A program made the position numbers and the translations under genes. From an uncultured Candidatus Saccharibacteria bacterium (lineage in GTDB: Bacteria; Patescibacteriota; Minisyncoccia; Phycocordibacterales; UBA918), in contig CAZVFY010000002.1 in NCBI GenBank assembly GCA_964626635.1, forward strand, positions 5,300 to 69,299: 64,000 bases of DNA, given 5' to 3'. The notes under the pieces were generated by a model. It had not been told where the DNA came from. It did no database searches and saw only the letters and a list, made by a program, of their open reading frames with translations. Numbering within the stretch: position 1 is the stretch's first letter; every line of letters starts with the position of its first letter. Positions 1 through 10,673 of the stretch are shown one piece after another.

Positions 1-2
1 CC

Positions 3-1523
3 GTGCCGCCATCAGTTCCGGTTATCACCAATGCTGTTGCTGTAACGAGTAATCAGATCAGTCTGACGTGGGCCACTTCTACTGATAATAATGTGGTGGG
101 TGGCTACATCGTGTACCGCGATGGGAGTGCGCTCGCGACCACAAGTTTAGTGACGTACCTGGATGCAGCGGTAGCGGCCTCGACAACATATCTGTATAGC
201 GTACAAGCGTTCGACACGTCATTTAATTACTCAGCGACTTCTAGCCCAGCTAGCGTGACTACCCCTGACGTGCCAATCGTCCAGCCAGACCAAGAGACTA
301 CGACCACAGCGTTTACTCGCGTGTCGCTCGAGACGACCGGACTGTCGGCAGTAGTCGGTACGTCTTCAAGCGTATTCTCGTTTACCACCAATCGTCCCGC
401 TCGCGTAGAGCTGCGGTACGGTCTGACACCGTCACACGAGAGTGGCGCTATCACCGGGCAGTTTTATCGTCAAGAGCATCAAGTACCACTGCGCGGGCTG
501 CTCCCTGGCACTCGGTATCACTATGAAATGATCGGTTACAACAACGCCGGTCGGCAATTTGTATTGGACTCTGGCACGTTTACGACGACCGAGTTAACGG
601 CTGCGATCATCGCGAACGTGTCAGCTTTCCAGGCAGCTCGTGTGTCACCAACCACTGTGCGGCTGCAGTACGAATTGCCGGCGCAGCTTGACCCAGACGC
701 AATAGTTAGGGTGGTCCGTAACCAATACCAGTTCCCAACTAGTCCCACAGACGGTGAGGTAATTTATGAGGGATTATCTACCACCATTCTTGATGAGACG
801 ATTGGTGCGCAGGTTGGTCATTATACTATCTTTGTCATGGTGGGGAATCTGCACTCATCAGGTGCGATCGCATACGTCACCGGTGACAGTCCACCCGTAT
901 TTGACGTCATTCCGTTTGTGCCGCCATTGCAAAACCCGACTGACAGCCCGGACCAAGGACGTGATACTGCCACGGCTGCGCCGACTTCGACACCGGTATA
1001 CACCTTGCCGACCACACCGTCGGACAGTCCGCTGCCGGCGCCGATCGTCAAGACTATTCCAAATCAATGGTTGCAGATACACCAATCGGGTGAACAGTAC
1101 ACGTTTGCCAGTAGTTCGATCCGCCTTAATGCCAGCCGACCTTTCACCGTACTTGCTGATCCGGATGTGTTTGAAAGTGATTATGAAACCATTATTGCTT
1201 CGCTTGAAAACCCCGACGCAGAGGGTGAATGGTTTACCTTTATGCTTCGGGAGGACTTAGATCTACATATGTTTGCCGCTAAAATTGCGCCACTGAATAC
1301 AACCGGTACGTCATCACTAGTGCTAACGGTTTACAACTCTTTGAATGCTACCAAACGAGTCTCGGCCACAATGGTAGATTTCTACCTGCCAATAGCTTCA
1401 GTCACTGCGCAATATGAGTGGCGCTGGTGGTACCTGTATCTACTCATGCCACCACTTCTCATACTATTGCTATGGATCGTGTTTACTCGTCGTATAACTG
1501 AGGATAAGGAAACTACAAAGTAG
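3..1523 (+). CDS. Fibronectin type III domain surface protein with C-terminal TM anchor (probably 5'-truncated by window edge)
   Basis: FN3 signature (ISLTWATSTDN..VGGYIVYRDG..YSVQAFD), second FN3-like unit (LRGLLPGTRYHY), C-terminal hydrophobic helix plus basic tail. Confidence 0.75.
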   Translation: MPPSVPVITNAVAVTSNQISLTWATSTDNNVVGGYIVYRDGSALATTSLVTYLDAAVAASTTYLYSVQAFDTSFNYSATSSPASVTTPDVPIVQPDQETTTTAFTRVSLETTGLSAVVGTSSSVFSFTTNRPARVELRYGLTPSHESGAITGQFYRQEHQVPLRGLLPGTRYHYEMIGYNNAGRQFVLDSGTFTTTELTAAIIANVSAFQAARVSPTTVRLQYELPAQLDPDAIVRVVRNQYQFPTSPTDGEVIYEGLSTTILDETIGAQVGHYTIFVMVGNLHSSGAIAYVTGDSPPVFDVIPFVPPLQNPTDSPDQGRDTATAAPTSTPVYTLPTTPSDSPLPAPIVKTIPNQWLQIHQSGEQYTFASSSIRLNASRPFTVLADPDVFESDYETIIASLENPDAEGEWFTFMLREDLDLHMFAAKIAPLNTTGTSSLVLTVYNSLNATKRVSATMVDFYLPIASVTAQYEWRWWYLYLLMPPLLILLLWIVFTRRITEDKETTK

Positions 1524-1571
1524 TGCGAGTATCGGTATACTGTATCCAGTAATCGGTAATTAGTAGCTTTT

Positions 1572-2591
1572 ATGAAACGAGTGGCAATCAATGGGTTTGG
1601 AAGAATTGGGCGGACGTTCATGCGAACAGCGTTTGGCCACAAAGATTTCGAAGTGGTCGCAATTAACGACTTGGGCAGCTTGGATAATTTGGCGTACTTA
1701 CTGAAGTACGATTCAGTGTATGGTCGCGCCCCGTTTAACGTTGAGGTAGCAGACAAGGTCCTCAAAATTAATAATAAAGAAATCAAGTTCTTGAGTGAGC
1801 GCGACCCGGCCAGTCTCCCGTGGGGTGCCCATGACATTGATATAGTGGTCGAAGCAACTGGTTTCTTTACCAAGTATAAAGATGCTAAAAGACATCTTGA
1901 TGGGGGTGCGAAGCGCGTTGTGATCTCGGCTCCTGCTAAGGGTGATCCAGCGGCAGCTGGTGTAACCGGTGAGACTATCCTCATGGGTGTAAATGACGAC
2001 AAACTAGCCACCTGCCAAATCACCTCGAACGCGTCCTGCACCACAAATGCGACTAGTCCACTCGTAGCTATTTTGAAAGAAGCTATTGGCATCGAAAAAG
2101 CAATTCTCAACACTGTGCATGCGTACACTTCTTCGCAGTCACTTGTCGATGGTCCGGCCAGCAAAGACGTGCGCAAAGGACGAGCAGCCGGACTGAACAT
2201 TATTCCGACTACCACCGGAGCTGCCGTTGCAACCACTACCGCCCACACCGAACTAGCTGGTAAATTTGACGGCATGGCAATGCGTGTCCCAGTGCCAGTA
2301 GGGTCAATCGTCGATGTAACATTTATCGCTAGCCGCAACACGACAGTCGAAGAAGTAAACGCCGCGCTCACCACCGCCGCCGGAGAAGACCGTTGGAAGA
2401 ACATCTTCGCGGCTACTGACGAACCGATTGTGTCCAGTGACATCATTGGCTCAAGGGTCGGCTCGATCGCAGACTTATCATTTACTCACGTAGTCGACGG
2501 TAATCTAGTGAAGGTGCTTGGGTGGTATGACAATGAAACCAGCTATACCCAAACCCTCGTAGAACACGTGGCAGCGGCAGCACGCGCGTAA
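1572..2591 (+). CDS. gap: Type I glyceraldehyde-3-phosphate dehydrogenase
   Basis: INGFGRIGR, SNASCTTN, WYDNE motifs. Confidence 0.97.
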   Translation: MKRVAINGFGRIGRTFMRTAFGHKDFEVVAINDLGSLDNLAYLLKYDSVYGRAPFNVEVADKVLKINNKEIKFLSERDPASLPWGAHDIDIVVEATGFFTKYKDAKRHLDGGAKRVVISAPAKGDPAAAGVTGETILMGVNDDKLATCQITSNASCTTNATSPLVAILKEAIGIEKAILNTVHAYTSSQSLVDGPASKDVRKGRAAGLNIIPTTTGAAVATTTAHTELAGKFDGMAMRVPVPVGSIVDVTFIASRNTTVEEVNAALTTAAGEDRWKNIFAATDEPIVSSDIIGSRVGSIADLSFTHVVDGNLVKVLGWYDNETSYTQTLVEHVAAAARA

Positions 2592-2594
2592 ACT

Positions 2595-3056
2595 ATGACC
2601 ATCCATCTCGCCACCGATCACGGTGGATTAGCGCACAAGGATGCTGTGGCTAAATGGCTACAAACCGAAAGATACATAGTAGAGGATCATGGCGCCTATG
2701 TCTATGATGCGGCGGACGACTACCCAGACTATATCGTGCGCGCTGCACTTGCGGTCTCCAGAGAGCCGACCAGTCGGGCAATTATTTTTGGCGGATCGGG
2801 GCAGGGTGAGGCAATGTTATCCAATCGGTTTCCACACGTACGTGCTACCGTGCTGTACAGCAATACGACTGATATTGTGACGCTTAGTCGTGAACACAAT
2901 GACGCCAATGTATTGTCGGTCGGTGCCAGGTTCATCTCGGTTGATGATACCAAGCAGTGTATCTGGCAATGGCTCCACACTGATCCGCACGATGACCCTA
3001 AATACGCCCGTCGTAATCAAAAGCTGGATACGCTTACTCGTAATTTACACCTATGA
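2595..3056 (+). CDS. rpiB: Ribose-5-phosphate isomerase B
   Basis: TDHGG, DYPD, GGSGQGE, REHNDANVL motifs. Confidence 0.93.
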   Translation: MTIHLATDHGGLAHKDAVAKWLQTERYIVEDHGAYVYDAADDYPDYIVRAALAVSREPTSRAIIFGGSGQGEAMLSNRFPHVRATVLYSNTTDIVTLSREHNDANVLSVGARFISVDDTKQCIWQWLHTDPHDDPKYARRNQKLDTLTRNLHL

Positions 3057-3724
3057 TTGCTCCGGCGTGTATCCCCAAAAATTATGATGAGCTGGTAGAT
3101 ACGCTGAATCTTTTATCGTTTGCGCCGGAGATACACCTTGACGTGGTTGATGGTGAATTTGCCGCGCCAGCCTCGTGGCCGTACGCCGACGAACAGCTAC
3201 TAAATAATGAGACACGTACACCATTGTCCCTGCGAGCATACCTAGGGCGCGCCACCGTCGAAGTCGATCTGATGACCAGCCTGCCTCTGCCGGCGGCCCA
3301 TCATTGGGCAGCTGCCGGGGCCGACGCGCTCGTTTTTCATATTGAAACTATCAGCCCGAGTCAGCTCGCCGCGTTTGACGAGGATCACGCTAGTGTCAGT
3401 ATTGGGGTTGCGCTGCACGGCGATACACCGCTGGAGTCTCTATTAGAATATGCCACGCACGCTGACTACGTGCAGCTGATGGGAATCAAGACCATCGGCG
3501 CGCACGGCGCGCCGTTTGATGAGGGAGTGTTTGATCGGATTCGCTACGTACAGACGCACTTACCGCAACTGCCAATTTCGGTCGATGGCAGTGTCAATCA
3601 GTCATCAATCAAGGCGCTGGCGGACGCCGGCGTCCATCGTTTGGTGGTTGGCTCGGCGATTACATTACAGCCCAATCCACTCGACGCATACCGCTCGTTG
3701 CAAGCACTTATAAACGCCGCGTAG
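3053..3724 (+). CDS. rpe: Ribulose-phosphate 3-epimerase
   Basis: HLDVVDG, FHIE, QLMG, SVDGSVN, VVGSAI motifs; pentose phosphate cluster context. Confidence 0.88.
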   Translation: MIAPACIPKNYDELVDTLNLLSFAPEIHLDVVDGEFAAPASWPYADEQLLNNETRTPLSLRAYLGRATVEVDLMTSLPLPAAHHWAAAGADALVFHIETISPSQLAAFDEDHASVSIGVALHGDTPLESLLEYATHADYVQLMGIKTIGAHGAPFDEGVFDRIRYVQTHLPQLPISVDGSVNQSSIKALADAGVHRLVVGSAITLQPNPLDAYRSLQALINAA

Positions 3725-3762
3725 TTTTATTTTGTAAACGCTGGCGGTATACTGTGTGGTAT

Positions 3763-4659
3763 ATGCAGTACCTTACGTCCGACGCTATTGTCGACCTCGA
3801 ACGCCAAGCGAATCTCATCCGCCAGAGCATTGTTGAAATGCTCGCGGCTGCCGGTAGCGGGCACACCGCCGGGCCGCTCGGGATGACCGATGTGTTTACG
3901 CTGTTGTATTTCGCACTCCTCAAACACGATCCGAACAATCCGGACTGGCCAGAACGCGATCGTTTGTTGCTCTCTAACGGACACATTTGTCCCGTTTTAT
4001 ACGCCACGCTCGCGCACGCTGGTTACTTTCCGGTCGAAGAATTATTGACACTGCGCCAGTTCGGATCACGCCTCCAGGGTCACCCCCACCGCACTGCCTT
4101 GCCGGGGGTCGAGACTACCTCTGGACCACTTGGGTCCGGCCTGTCCCAAGCAGTTGGCATGGCATTGGCTGAACGAATCGACAATCCCTACTCTAGTAAA
4201 ATGTTCTACTGTCTGACAGGAGATGGCGAGCTCCAAGAGGGGCAAATTTGGGAGGCGGCGATGCTGGCTGGTAAAGAGCAGCTACATAACCTAATTGTAA
4301 TCGTTGATCGCAATGGCATCCAGATCGACGGGTACACCAAACATGTCATGCCGATGGAGCCACTGGTCGAGAAATGGGAGTCATTCAACTGGGATGTGCA
4401 GGAGGTCGATGGTCACAGTATGCGCGCCCTTAATGACGCTATCGGCAAGGCCCAAGCGGTCTACAGTCAACCATCAGTGATCGTTGTGCACACGATTGCT
4501 GGTAAGGGGGTCGATGTATTTGAGCGAGATTTTCGCTGGCATGGCAATCCGCCCGGCAAGGGACCAGAGGACGTCATACCTAAGGGCGAGCAAGCTGCTG
4601 TAGCTCTTGAGAAACTCCGCACACTGGCTGGAATGATTGATAAAGATAATCACGCGTAA
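3763..4659 (+). CDS. Transketolase, N-terminal (TPP-binding) subunit
   Basis: GSGH, DRLLLSNGH, LQGHP, GDGELQEG; start placed at ATG 3763. Confidence 0.93.
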   Translation: MQYLTSDAIVDLERQANLIRQSIVEMLAAAGSGHTAGPLGMTDVFTLLYFALLKHDPNNPDWPERDRLLLSNGHICPVLYATLAHAGYFPVEELLTLRQFGSRLQGHPHRTALPGVETTSGPLGSGLSQAVGMALAERIDNPYSSKMFYCLTGDGELQEGQIWEAAMLAGKEQLHNLIVIVDRNGIQIDGYTKHVMPMEPLVEKWESFNWDVQEVDGHSMRALNDAIGKAQAVYSQPSVIVVHTIAGKGVDVFERDFRWHGNPPGKGPEDVIPKGEQAAVALEKLRTLAGMIDKDNHA

Positions 4660-4661
4660 GT

Positions 4662-5648
4662 ATGTTCAGCGAATTTGTAAACGACATAGTAAAAAATGGT
4701 GGGGGCGTTGAGCGGGTACCAACGCGTAATGGCTTCGGTGAAGGTTTGCGCGAAGCCGGTAAGCGCGACGAGCGCGTTGTGGCACTGTGTTGTGACCTCA
4801 CCACATCGACTAAGACCCACCATTTTGCCGAAGCGTTCCCTAATCGGTTCGTGCAGGTCGGTGTGGCCGAACAAAACCTGGCATCAGTCGGTAGCGGGAT
4901 GGCTGCCATGGGCAAGATCCCGTTTATTTCTAGCTACGCCATGTTCAGTCCGGGCCGCAACTGGGAACAGATCCGCACCACGATCGCGTACAACAACGCA
5001 AACGTCAAGATTGTTGGCGCGCACGCCGGCGTGTCGGTTGGGCCTGATGGCGCGACCCATCAAGCGATCGAAGACATTGCGATCATGCGCGTCGTACCAA
5101 ATATAACAGTGATCGCACCCGCTGACGTCCATGAGGCGAGGCGAGTGACACTGGCGGCCGCTCAGCATGAGGGTCCAGTGTATTTTCGTCTCGGTCGCAG
5201 CGCAACCCCGGTAGTCACATCGGTAGACACACCGTTTGAAATTGGTATTGCCCAGAAGATGTTCAATCGCGATCAGTCACTCGAGAAAAAAGTCGGTATC
5301 GTCTCGACCGGATCACTTTTATATAACGCATTGATGGCAGCCCATGAACTGCAGATGAATGGTATCGGCGCCTCGGTGCTGCACATGGCCACCATCAAAC
5401 CACTGGATACTGAGGCGCTCGAAGCGTTCGCCGCCGAGCACGACGGTCTGGTGACCGTCGAAGAGCACCAGGTCGTCGGAGGACTAGGCAGCGCCGTCTG
5501 TGAACACCTGTCAGCCGTGCGCCCGACCCGGATCGAGCGGATTGGTGTCAATGACCAGTTTGGTCAATCAGGCGAACCTGACGAACTGATCGAGCATTAT
5601 GGTATGGGGGTCGGCAGTGTTGTCGCCGCGGGTAAGAAAGTAGTATAA
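4662..5648 (+). CDS. Transketolase, C-terminal subunit
   Basis: GVAEQN, GPDGATHQ, VTVEEH, FGQSG motifs. Confidence 0.93.
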   Translation: MFSEFVNDIVKNGGGVERVPTRNGFGEGLREAGKRDERVVALCCDLTTSTKTHHFAEAFPNRFVQVGVAEQNLASVGSGMAAMGKIPFISSYAMFSPGRNWEQIRTTIAYNNANVKIVGAHAGVSVGPDGATHQAIEDIAIMRVVPNITVIAPADVHEARRVTLAAAQHEGPVYFRLGRSATPVVTSVDTPFEIGIAQKMFNRDQSLEKKVGIVSTGSLLYNALMAAHELQMNGIGASVLHMATIKPLDTEALEAFAAEHDGLVTVEEHQVVGGLGSAVCEHLSAVRPTRIERIGVNDQFGQSGEPDELIEHYGMGVGSVVAAGKKVV

Positions 5649-5652
5649 AAAA

Positions 5653-5674
5653 AGAGCACTCCAAGGAATGCTCT
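5653..5674 (-). terminator. Intrinsic terminator between convergent tkt and pfkB-family genes
   Basis: agagcactcc-aa-ggaatgctct stem flanked by an A-tract (U-tract on the minus strand). Confidence 0.55.
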
Positions 5675-5868
5675 GACCTAGCAAGCGCTGTATCTCAACA
5701 GGCCTTATTATTGTCCCATTACATCGGGCTGTCGTGATACGTGAATCGACCGATACGGTTCCAAGGCATTGCTAGCGTGACTTGGAACTAATTACAGAAG
5801 ATTATTTATAAAAATAATAAAAAAACTAACTTTTACAAGCTAGCTTTCTTACTACAATTAGTTTTTCT

Positions 5869-6870
5869 TTATACCTTGCTTGGCAGGTAGTCCTCTGGAC
5901 GTTCGTCTAAGTGTTTTTGGAGTTGCTCCATCGGTAGCAACCCCTCCTGCGCGCCGATGTGTTGGACAACGTTCATACTGTTGATCGGCCCCCAAGACAA
6001 TGCCTCGGCCGGATCTTTGCCCAATATGATAGCGGCAGTAAAGGTGGAAGAGAACGCGTCACCAGCGCCGGTGCGGTCAACTGGTGGTGCTGGATCAGGG
6101 TACATTGGCATACGCCACGCCTGATCATCTGCATCTACCGTAAAGGCACCATTCGGGCCGTCAGTCACGACTGGGATGGTCGGACCGAGTTCGCGCACCA
6201 TGCGGACGAGAGTCGGAATGTCTTGCTCGGTCGTTTTGAGGATTTCTTGAGCCTCTTCTTTGTTACAGAAAAAGATTTCTGATTGTTCGTAAATATCCCG
6301 AATCGCATCGACACCGACACTAATTTGGAAAGTACCAGGCTGAAAGGCTAATTTGGTCTCGTTATTTTTAACGTATTCAGCAATTTCGTGGTGGTAGGGG
6401 ATACCGTGCTCGCCAACGCTCGAGAAGTAGAAGAACTTTGGTGCGACAGGGAAGTCAGGTAGCGAGTAAGGGTAGGTTTCGTGATTGATCAAGATGGTGC
6501 GCTCTGGACCGTACCGCAATACGTAATGGTAGTTCGTTTTTTTGTCTTCGTGAATTTTGACAAAGTCAGTGTGCACTCCGCGATCACGCAGCGCCTGTAA
6601 ACATTCCTTGCCAAATTTATCATTTCCGATGTGAGTCACCAATCCAGTTTCAAGCCCCAGCCTAGTCGCACTAGTTGCAGCATTAGGTGAGTTGCCGACA
6701 GCTGGCACTACTACTACGTCGTTGTACGGCAGCTTGCTGCCAAAGGGCATGGTGAGCGTCTTGCGACCCGTGTCTTGGTCGATCAGCACATCGGCCTGGT
6801 CTATATTAAGTTCAATAAAAGCATCTATCAGAATGTCGCCAATGGCGACGAAATCATATTGTTGTGACAT
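5869..6870 (-). CDS. PfkB/ribokinase-family carbohydrate kinase
   Basis: VGNSPNAA, NKEEA, DRTGAGDAF signature; true start MSQQY at 6870 (tracked ORF over-extends into rplY). Confidence 0.9.
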   Translation of the reverse strand: MSQQYDFVAIGDILIDAFIELNIDQADVLIDQDTGRKTLTMPFGSKLPYNDVVVVPAVGNSPNAATSATRLGLETGLVTHIGNDKFGKECLQALRDRGVHTDFVKIHEDKKTNYHYVLRYGPERTILINHETYPYSLPDFPVAPKFFYFSSVGEHGIPYHHEIAEYVKNNETKLAFQPGTFQISVGVDAIRDIYEQSEIFFCNKEEAQEILKTTEQDIPTLVRMVRELGPTIPVVTDGPNGAFTVDADDQAWRMPMYPDPAPPVDRTGAGDAFSSTFTAAIILGKDPAEALSWGPINSMNVVQHIGAQEGLLPMEQLQKHLDERPEDYLPSKV

Positions 6871-6925
6871 ACACCATAGTGTAGCACTACTAATTTTGTA
6901 GAAATGTGATAGTCTACACGCTACT

Positions 6926-7558
6926 ATGATTATGAATTTAACTGTCGCAGCTCGAGACGCTGCCACCAAACGGTCTGCGCTACCTGATGGACACATTCCA
7001 GCAGTAGTGTACGGTCCAAAGCAAGACCCAATTACCATTAGCGTCGACGAATTTACCGTTGATCGAGTTCGCCGTGAAGCGGGTGAGTCTACTATTATCA
7101 AACTAGAAGGAATTGCCGGCGAGGACGAACTAGAAGTGCTCGTTAAGCACATTGATTTTGACCCGACCAAGCAAGGCATCGTGCACATTGATTTCTATGC
7201 GATTGAACGCGGTAAAGACATGACAGTGAACGTACCGCTTGATTTTGTAGGCGAAGCGCCAGTTGAAGCAAACCGCCTTGGCACCGTCACGAAGGTAATC
7301 CAAGACATTGAGGTAACCTGTCGCCCGAGTAATCTGCCATCTGAAATCACCGTGGATATCTCTGGTATCACTGGTGTCGATGACAAAATTTCCGTGGCCG
7401 ACTTGCCACAGCTTGATGGTGTGGTATACCAGGTGAACGCCGAAGAGCCAGTTGTGGTGGTACAGGCTGCCCGCGAAGAAACCGACGAGTCTGACGATCC
7501 TGAACCAGTCGACATGAGCGCAGTCGAGTCAGGCGAGAAAGAAAAAGACGCCGAGTAG
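6926..7558 (+). CDS. rplY: 50S ribosomal protein L25/Ctc
   Basis: IPAVVYG, HIDFY, Ctc C-terminal beta domain. Confidence 0.92.
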   Translation: MIMNLTVAARDAATKRSALPDGHIPAVVYGPKQDPITISVDEFTVDRVRREAGESTIIKLEGIAGEDELEVLVKHIDFDPTKQGIVHIDFYAIERGKDMTVNVPLDFVGEAPVEANRLGTVTKVIQDIEVTCRPSNLPSEITVDISGITGVDDKISVADLPQLDGVVYQVNAEEPVVVVQAAREETDESDDPEPVDMSAVESGEKEKDAE

Positions 7559-7577
7559 TACACGACTGTGTACGCAG

Positions 7578-7620
7578 AAACCAGCGCCGCTTCGGACCTT
7601 GTCCGAAGCGGCGCTGGTTT
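7578..7620. terminator. Perfect 20-bp hairpin, terminator after rplY
   Basis: aaaccagcgccgcttcggac-ctt-gtccgaagcggcgctggttt. Confidence 0.75.
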
Positions 7621-7636
7621 GGTATACTATTTGCAT

Positions 7637-8992
7637 ATGCACCGCATTGCACTTATCTTTATTCTTTCGTTTGTACTGACGCCGTTTGTAAGTTGGGCTG
7701 AGTCTGACGCGGACCGCCGGGCCCGCCTTGAGGCGCAGCTGGCGGACGTTGAACGTCAGATTCTTACGCAGCAGGTGCTCGTGGAGGACAAACGCCAAGA
7801 GCGCCAAACTCTCGAACGTGATGTCGCGCTGATCGAGTCCGAAGTGCGTCAGGCCCAATTGGGTATCCAGGCTCGCAACGCAGCCATCGCACAACTGTCT
7901 GACCAGATCGGCGAGAAAGAAGTCGTACTCGATATCCTCTCTGACCGCAAGAGCAAGCAGCATGATTCGCTGGCCGACCTCGTGCGTAAAACTGTTGTGG
8001 CCGAGGACTACACTATGGTTGAGTTGATGCTCAGCAAGCAAAACTTCTCAGAATTTTTTAGTGACGTGGCTACCTTTGACACACTCAAAGAATCCCTAAA
8101 CAAATCACTCGTCGCGCTACAAGAAATTGAAGACGACACCAACAACCAACGCGAAGAGCTCACGCAAAAACAAATGGACGAGGCTGAAATGCGCCGTATC
8201 CAAGAACTCGAAAAAGAACGCATCGAAGCCCGCGAACGCGAAAAAGAACAGATTCTCACGGTCACTAAAGGCGAAGAGCAAGAGTACCAGGCACTCCTAG
8301 AAACCCAACAAAAAACTGCCGCCCAGCTGCGTAACCAGCTCTTCCAACTCCTCGGTGGCGGTGGCGGCATCCCATTCCCTGAGGCGGTCCGCTTGGCCCA
8401 GTACGCCGAGCGAGTGACTGGCGTTCAGGCCGAAATGATCCTAGCGATCCTCGAACAAGAAACCAACCTCGGCTCGAACCTTGGTAGCTGTCGCTTCACT
8501 GACAGCACCAGCGATCGGCCGGTCATGCACCCAACCCGTGACGAGCCAGTATTTATCGCGATCGCAGAAATCCTTGGCTTTAATGCGTACACGCAGCAGG
8601 TGTCGTGCCCGTTAGTGCGCGGCGGACAGCGGATCGGGTGGGGTGGTGCGATGGGGCCATCACAGTTCATTCCGAGCACTTGGGCCTCCTACGGTGGGAT
8701 TGTCAGCGACGGCGCCGGCGGATTTGTGTACGATCGCAGTCGGGACGCCATCCGGGCTATTAATGGCGGTGACATTGCTAACCCATTCAATAACCAAGAT
8801 GCGTTCATCGCGACCGCGCTATTGATGCGCGATAACGGCGCCAACGGTACGTACAGTGGTGATCGGACGGCGGCGTTGCGATACTACGCTGGCTGGGGTG
8901 GCGCAAATAATCCTGCCAATGCGTTCTACGGTGATCAAGTCATGAACAGGAAAGCCCGCCTCGCAAACGAAATTCAGATTATCGCGCAGTAA
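7637..8992 (+). CDS. Secreted coiled-coil protein with C-terminal lytic murein transglycosylase domain
   Basis: Signal peptide MHRIALIF..SWA, long heptad region, AILEQETN catalytic Glu, GAMGPSQFIPSTW motif. Confidence 0.82.
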   Translation: MHRIALIFILSFVLTPFVSWAESDADRRARLEAQLADVERQILTQQVLVEDKRQERQTLERDVALIESEVRQAQLGIQARNAAIAQLSDQIGEKEVVLDILSDRKSKQHDSLADLVRKTVVAEDYTMVELMLSKQNFSEFFSDVATFDTLKESLNKSLVALQEIEDDTNNQREELTQKQMDEAEMRRIQELEKERIEAREREKEQILTVTKGEEQEYQALLETQQKTAAQLRNQLFQLLGGGGGIPFPEAVRLAQYAERVTGVQAEMILAILEQETNLGSNLGSCRFTDSTSDRPVMHPTRDEPVFIAIAEILGFNAYTQQVSCPLVRGGQRIGWGGAMGPSQFIPSTWASYGGIVSDGAGGFVYDRSRDAIRAINGGDIANPFNNQDAFIATALLMRDNGANGTYSGDRTAALRYYAGWGGANNPANAFYGDQVMNRKARLANEIQIIAQ

Positions 8993-9107
8993 CATAGAAA
9001 TAATAGAGCCCGTTGCGAAACTGTATAACTCTGCTATAGTGCCTGCACACTGATTAGGTGACCGCGTTTATCCTATCCCATTTGCGGTTGCCGAAGTATG
9101 TATTGAT

Positions 9108-9368
9108 ATGAAAAAAGATATTCACCCAGACAACTACCGACCAGTCATTTTCCAAGATACTGGAAACAACGACCGGGTCTTGATCGGATCAACTGTCAGC
9201 ACAGACAAGACAGACAAGTGGACTGACGGTAATGAATACCCGCTTGTAACGGTGGACGTTTCTTCAACGTCGCATCCGTTCTACACTGGCCAAGAGAAAG
9301 TTATGGACACCGCCGGTCGCGTTGATCGCTTCAAGCAGCGTATGTCTAAAGTGGGCAAGAAGAAGTAA
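9108..9368 (+). CDS. rpmE: 50S ribosomal protein L31 type B (Cys-free)
   Basis: MKKDIHP, SHPFYTG, GRVDRF. Confidence 0.95.
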   Translation: MKKDIHPDNYRPVIFQDTGNNDRVLIGSTVSTDKTDKWTDGNEYPLVTVDVSSTSHPFYTGQEKVMDTAGRVDRFKQRMSKVGKKK

Positions 9369-9497
9369 GTCGAACAGAAACCTCGACAATGTGCTTTGTA
9401 CAGACCTTGCGGAAAAATGCATGCCTATGCATTTTGAGCAGAGAACTCGATTCGTGTCTGGGCAAAGTACGTTGCGAGGTTTCTGTATAATACAATT

Positions 9498-10469
9498 ATG
9501 GAATATTCCCAAGAGCGACTCGAAGAATTCAAAACACACGATAAGACGGGTTGGTTGGCGTCGCAATTTGAGAGTGAGTACGTGAAATTAGATGAGGCGC
9601 AAGCATTGGCAGATACCGACCCCGAGATGGCGGAACTTGCGCGTGAAGAAATCGCCCAGCTGCATGAACAACTGCAAAACCAGTGGGGTGAGATGGAGCG
9701 TATCGTCGAGGCGAGCCGGGAGGAAGATGAAAAGCCGTACGGCGTGATGCTAGAGGTACGAGCGGGTGCCGGCGGAGACGAGGCGTCTTTGTTTGCGGGC
9801 GAATTGGCGCAAATGTACCAATCGTACGCCGCAAGCAATGGCTGGCAAGTCAGTATCAACAACACCAGTATGAGTGAAGCCGGCGGGTACAAGGAAGCTT
9901 CGTTCGAGATTTTACACAAGGACGCGTACGATCACCTGTGCTACGAAACCGGCGTGCACCGCGTGCAGCGTGTTCCAGCGACCGAAAAGCAAGGTCGGAT
10001 CCACACTTCAACCGCCTCGGTCGCCGTGCTGCCAATGCGCAAAAAGCCAAAGGTCGACATTAACCCGAGCGATATTGATATGGAATTCTCGCGCGCTGGT
10101 GGCGCTGGTGGACAGAACGTCAATAAGGTGGAAACGGCCGTGCGCCTGGTGCATCGCCCGACCGGTATTGATGTCCGTTGCGAGTCTGACCGTAGTCAGC
10201 TAAAGAACCGCGAAAAGGCCATGTCAATGTTGATCGCGAAACTCGAGTCGCTTCACGAAGAAGAAGAAGCGCGCAAACACGCTGAAACCCGCGCCAACCA
10301 AATTGGTACCGGTGACCGCAGCGAAAAAATCCGCACGTACAACTTTCCGCAAAACCGTATTACCGACCACCGCATCAAACAATCTTGGCACACAATTGAA
10401 GCGACGCTCGGTGGTCAGCTGGGACCGATTGTCGAAGCGCTCCAAGCGGCGCAAGCAGAACTTGGTTAG
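9498..10469 (+). CDS. prfA: Peptide chain release factor 1
   Basis: GGQ motif; PAT codon-recognition tripeptide in [14 protein letters not shown]. Confidence 0.93.
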   Translation: MEYSQERLEEFKTHDKTGWLASQFESEYVKLDEAQALADTDPEMAELAREEIAQLHEQLQNQWGEMERIVEASREEDEKPYGVMLEVRAGAGGDEASLFAGELAQMYQSYAASNGWQVSINNTSMSEAGGYKEASFEILHKDAYDHLCYETGVHRVQRVPATEKQGRIHTSTASVAVLPMRKKPKVDINPSDIDMEFSRAGGAGGQNVNKVETAVRLVHRPTGIDVRCESDRSQLKNREKAMSMLIAKLESLHEEEEARKHAETRANQIGTGDRSEKIRTYNFPQNRITDHRIKQSWHTIEATLGGQLGPIVEALQAAQAELG

Positions 10470-10673
10470 CGGCGATGTCTTGAAACACATGTGCAAACGT
10501 GGTACGTTACTGCCACCTGTGCCACGTTTGCATACAAATATGTAAACAGGCACACTCCCAGCCCGACTGCTGTCATGGCTCGTGCGTAGCGCATCTACAG
10601 TTGCGTTGCACCTCGATGTATCCATGTAGCATGATTATTTATTAAATCGGCAGCTTGGGAACAATTATATATT

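Noticed and set aside
1382-2446. 354-aa minus-strand ORF and similar long antisense ORFs (e.g. 31258-32121, 62842-63456)
   Set aside because: They overlap well-supported genes (gap, dnaE, dnaG/rpoD) on the opposite strand
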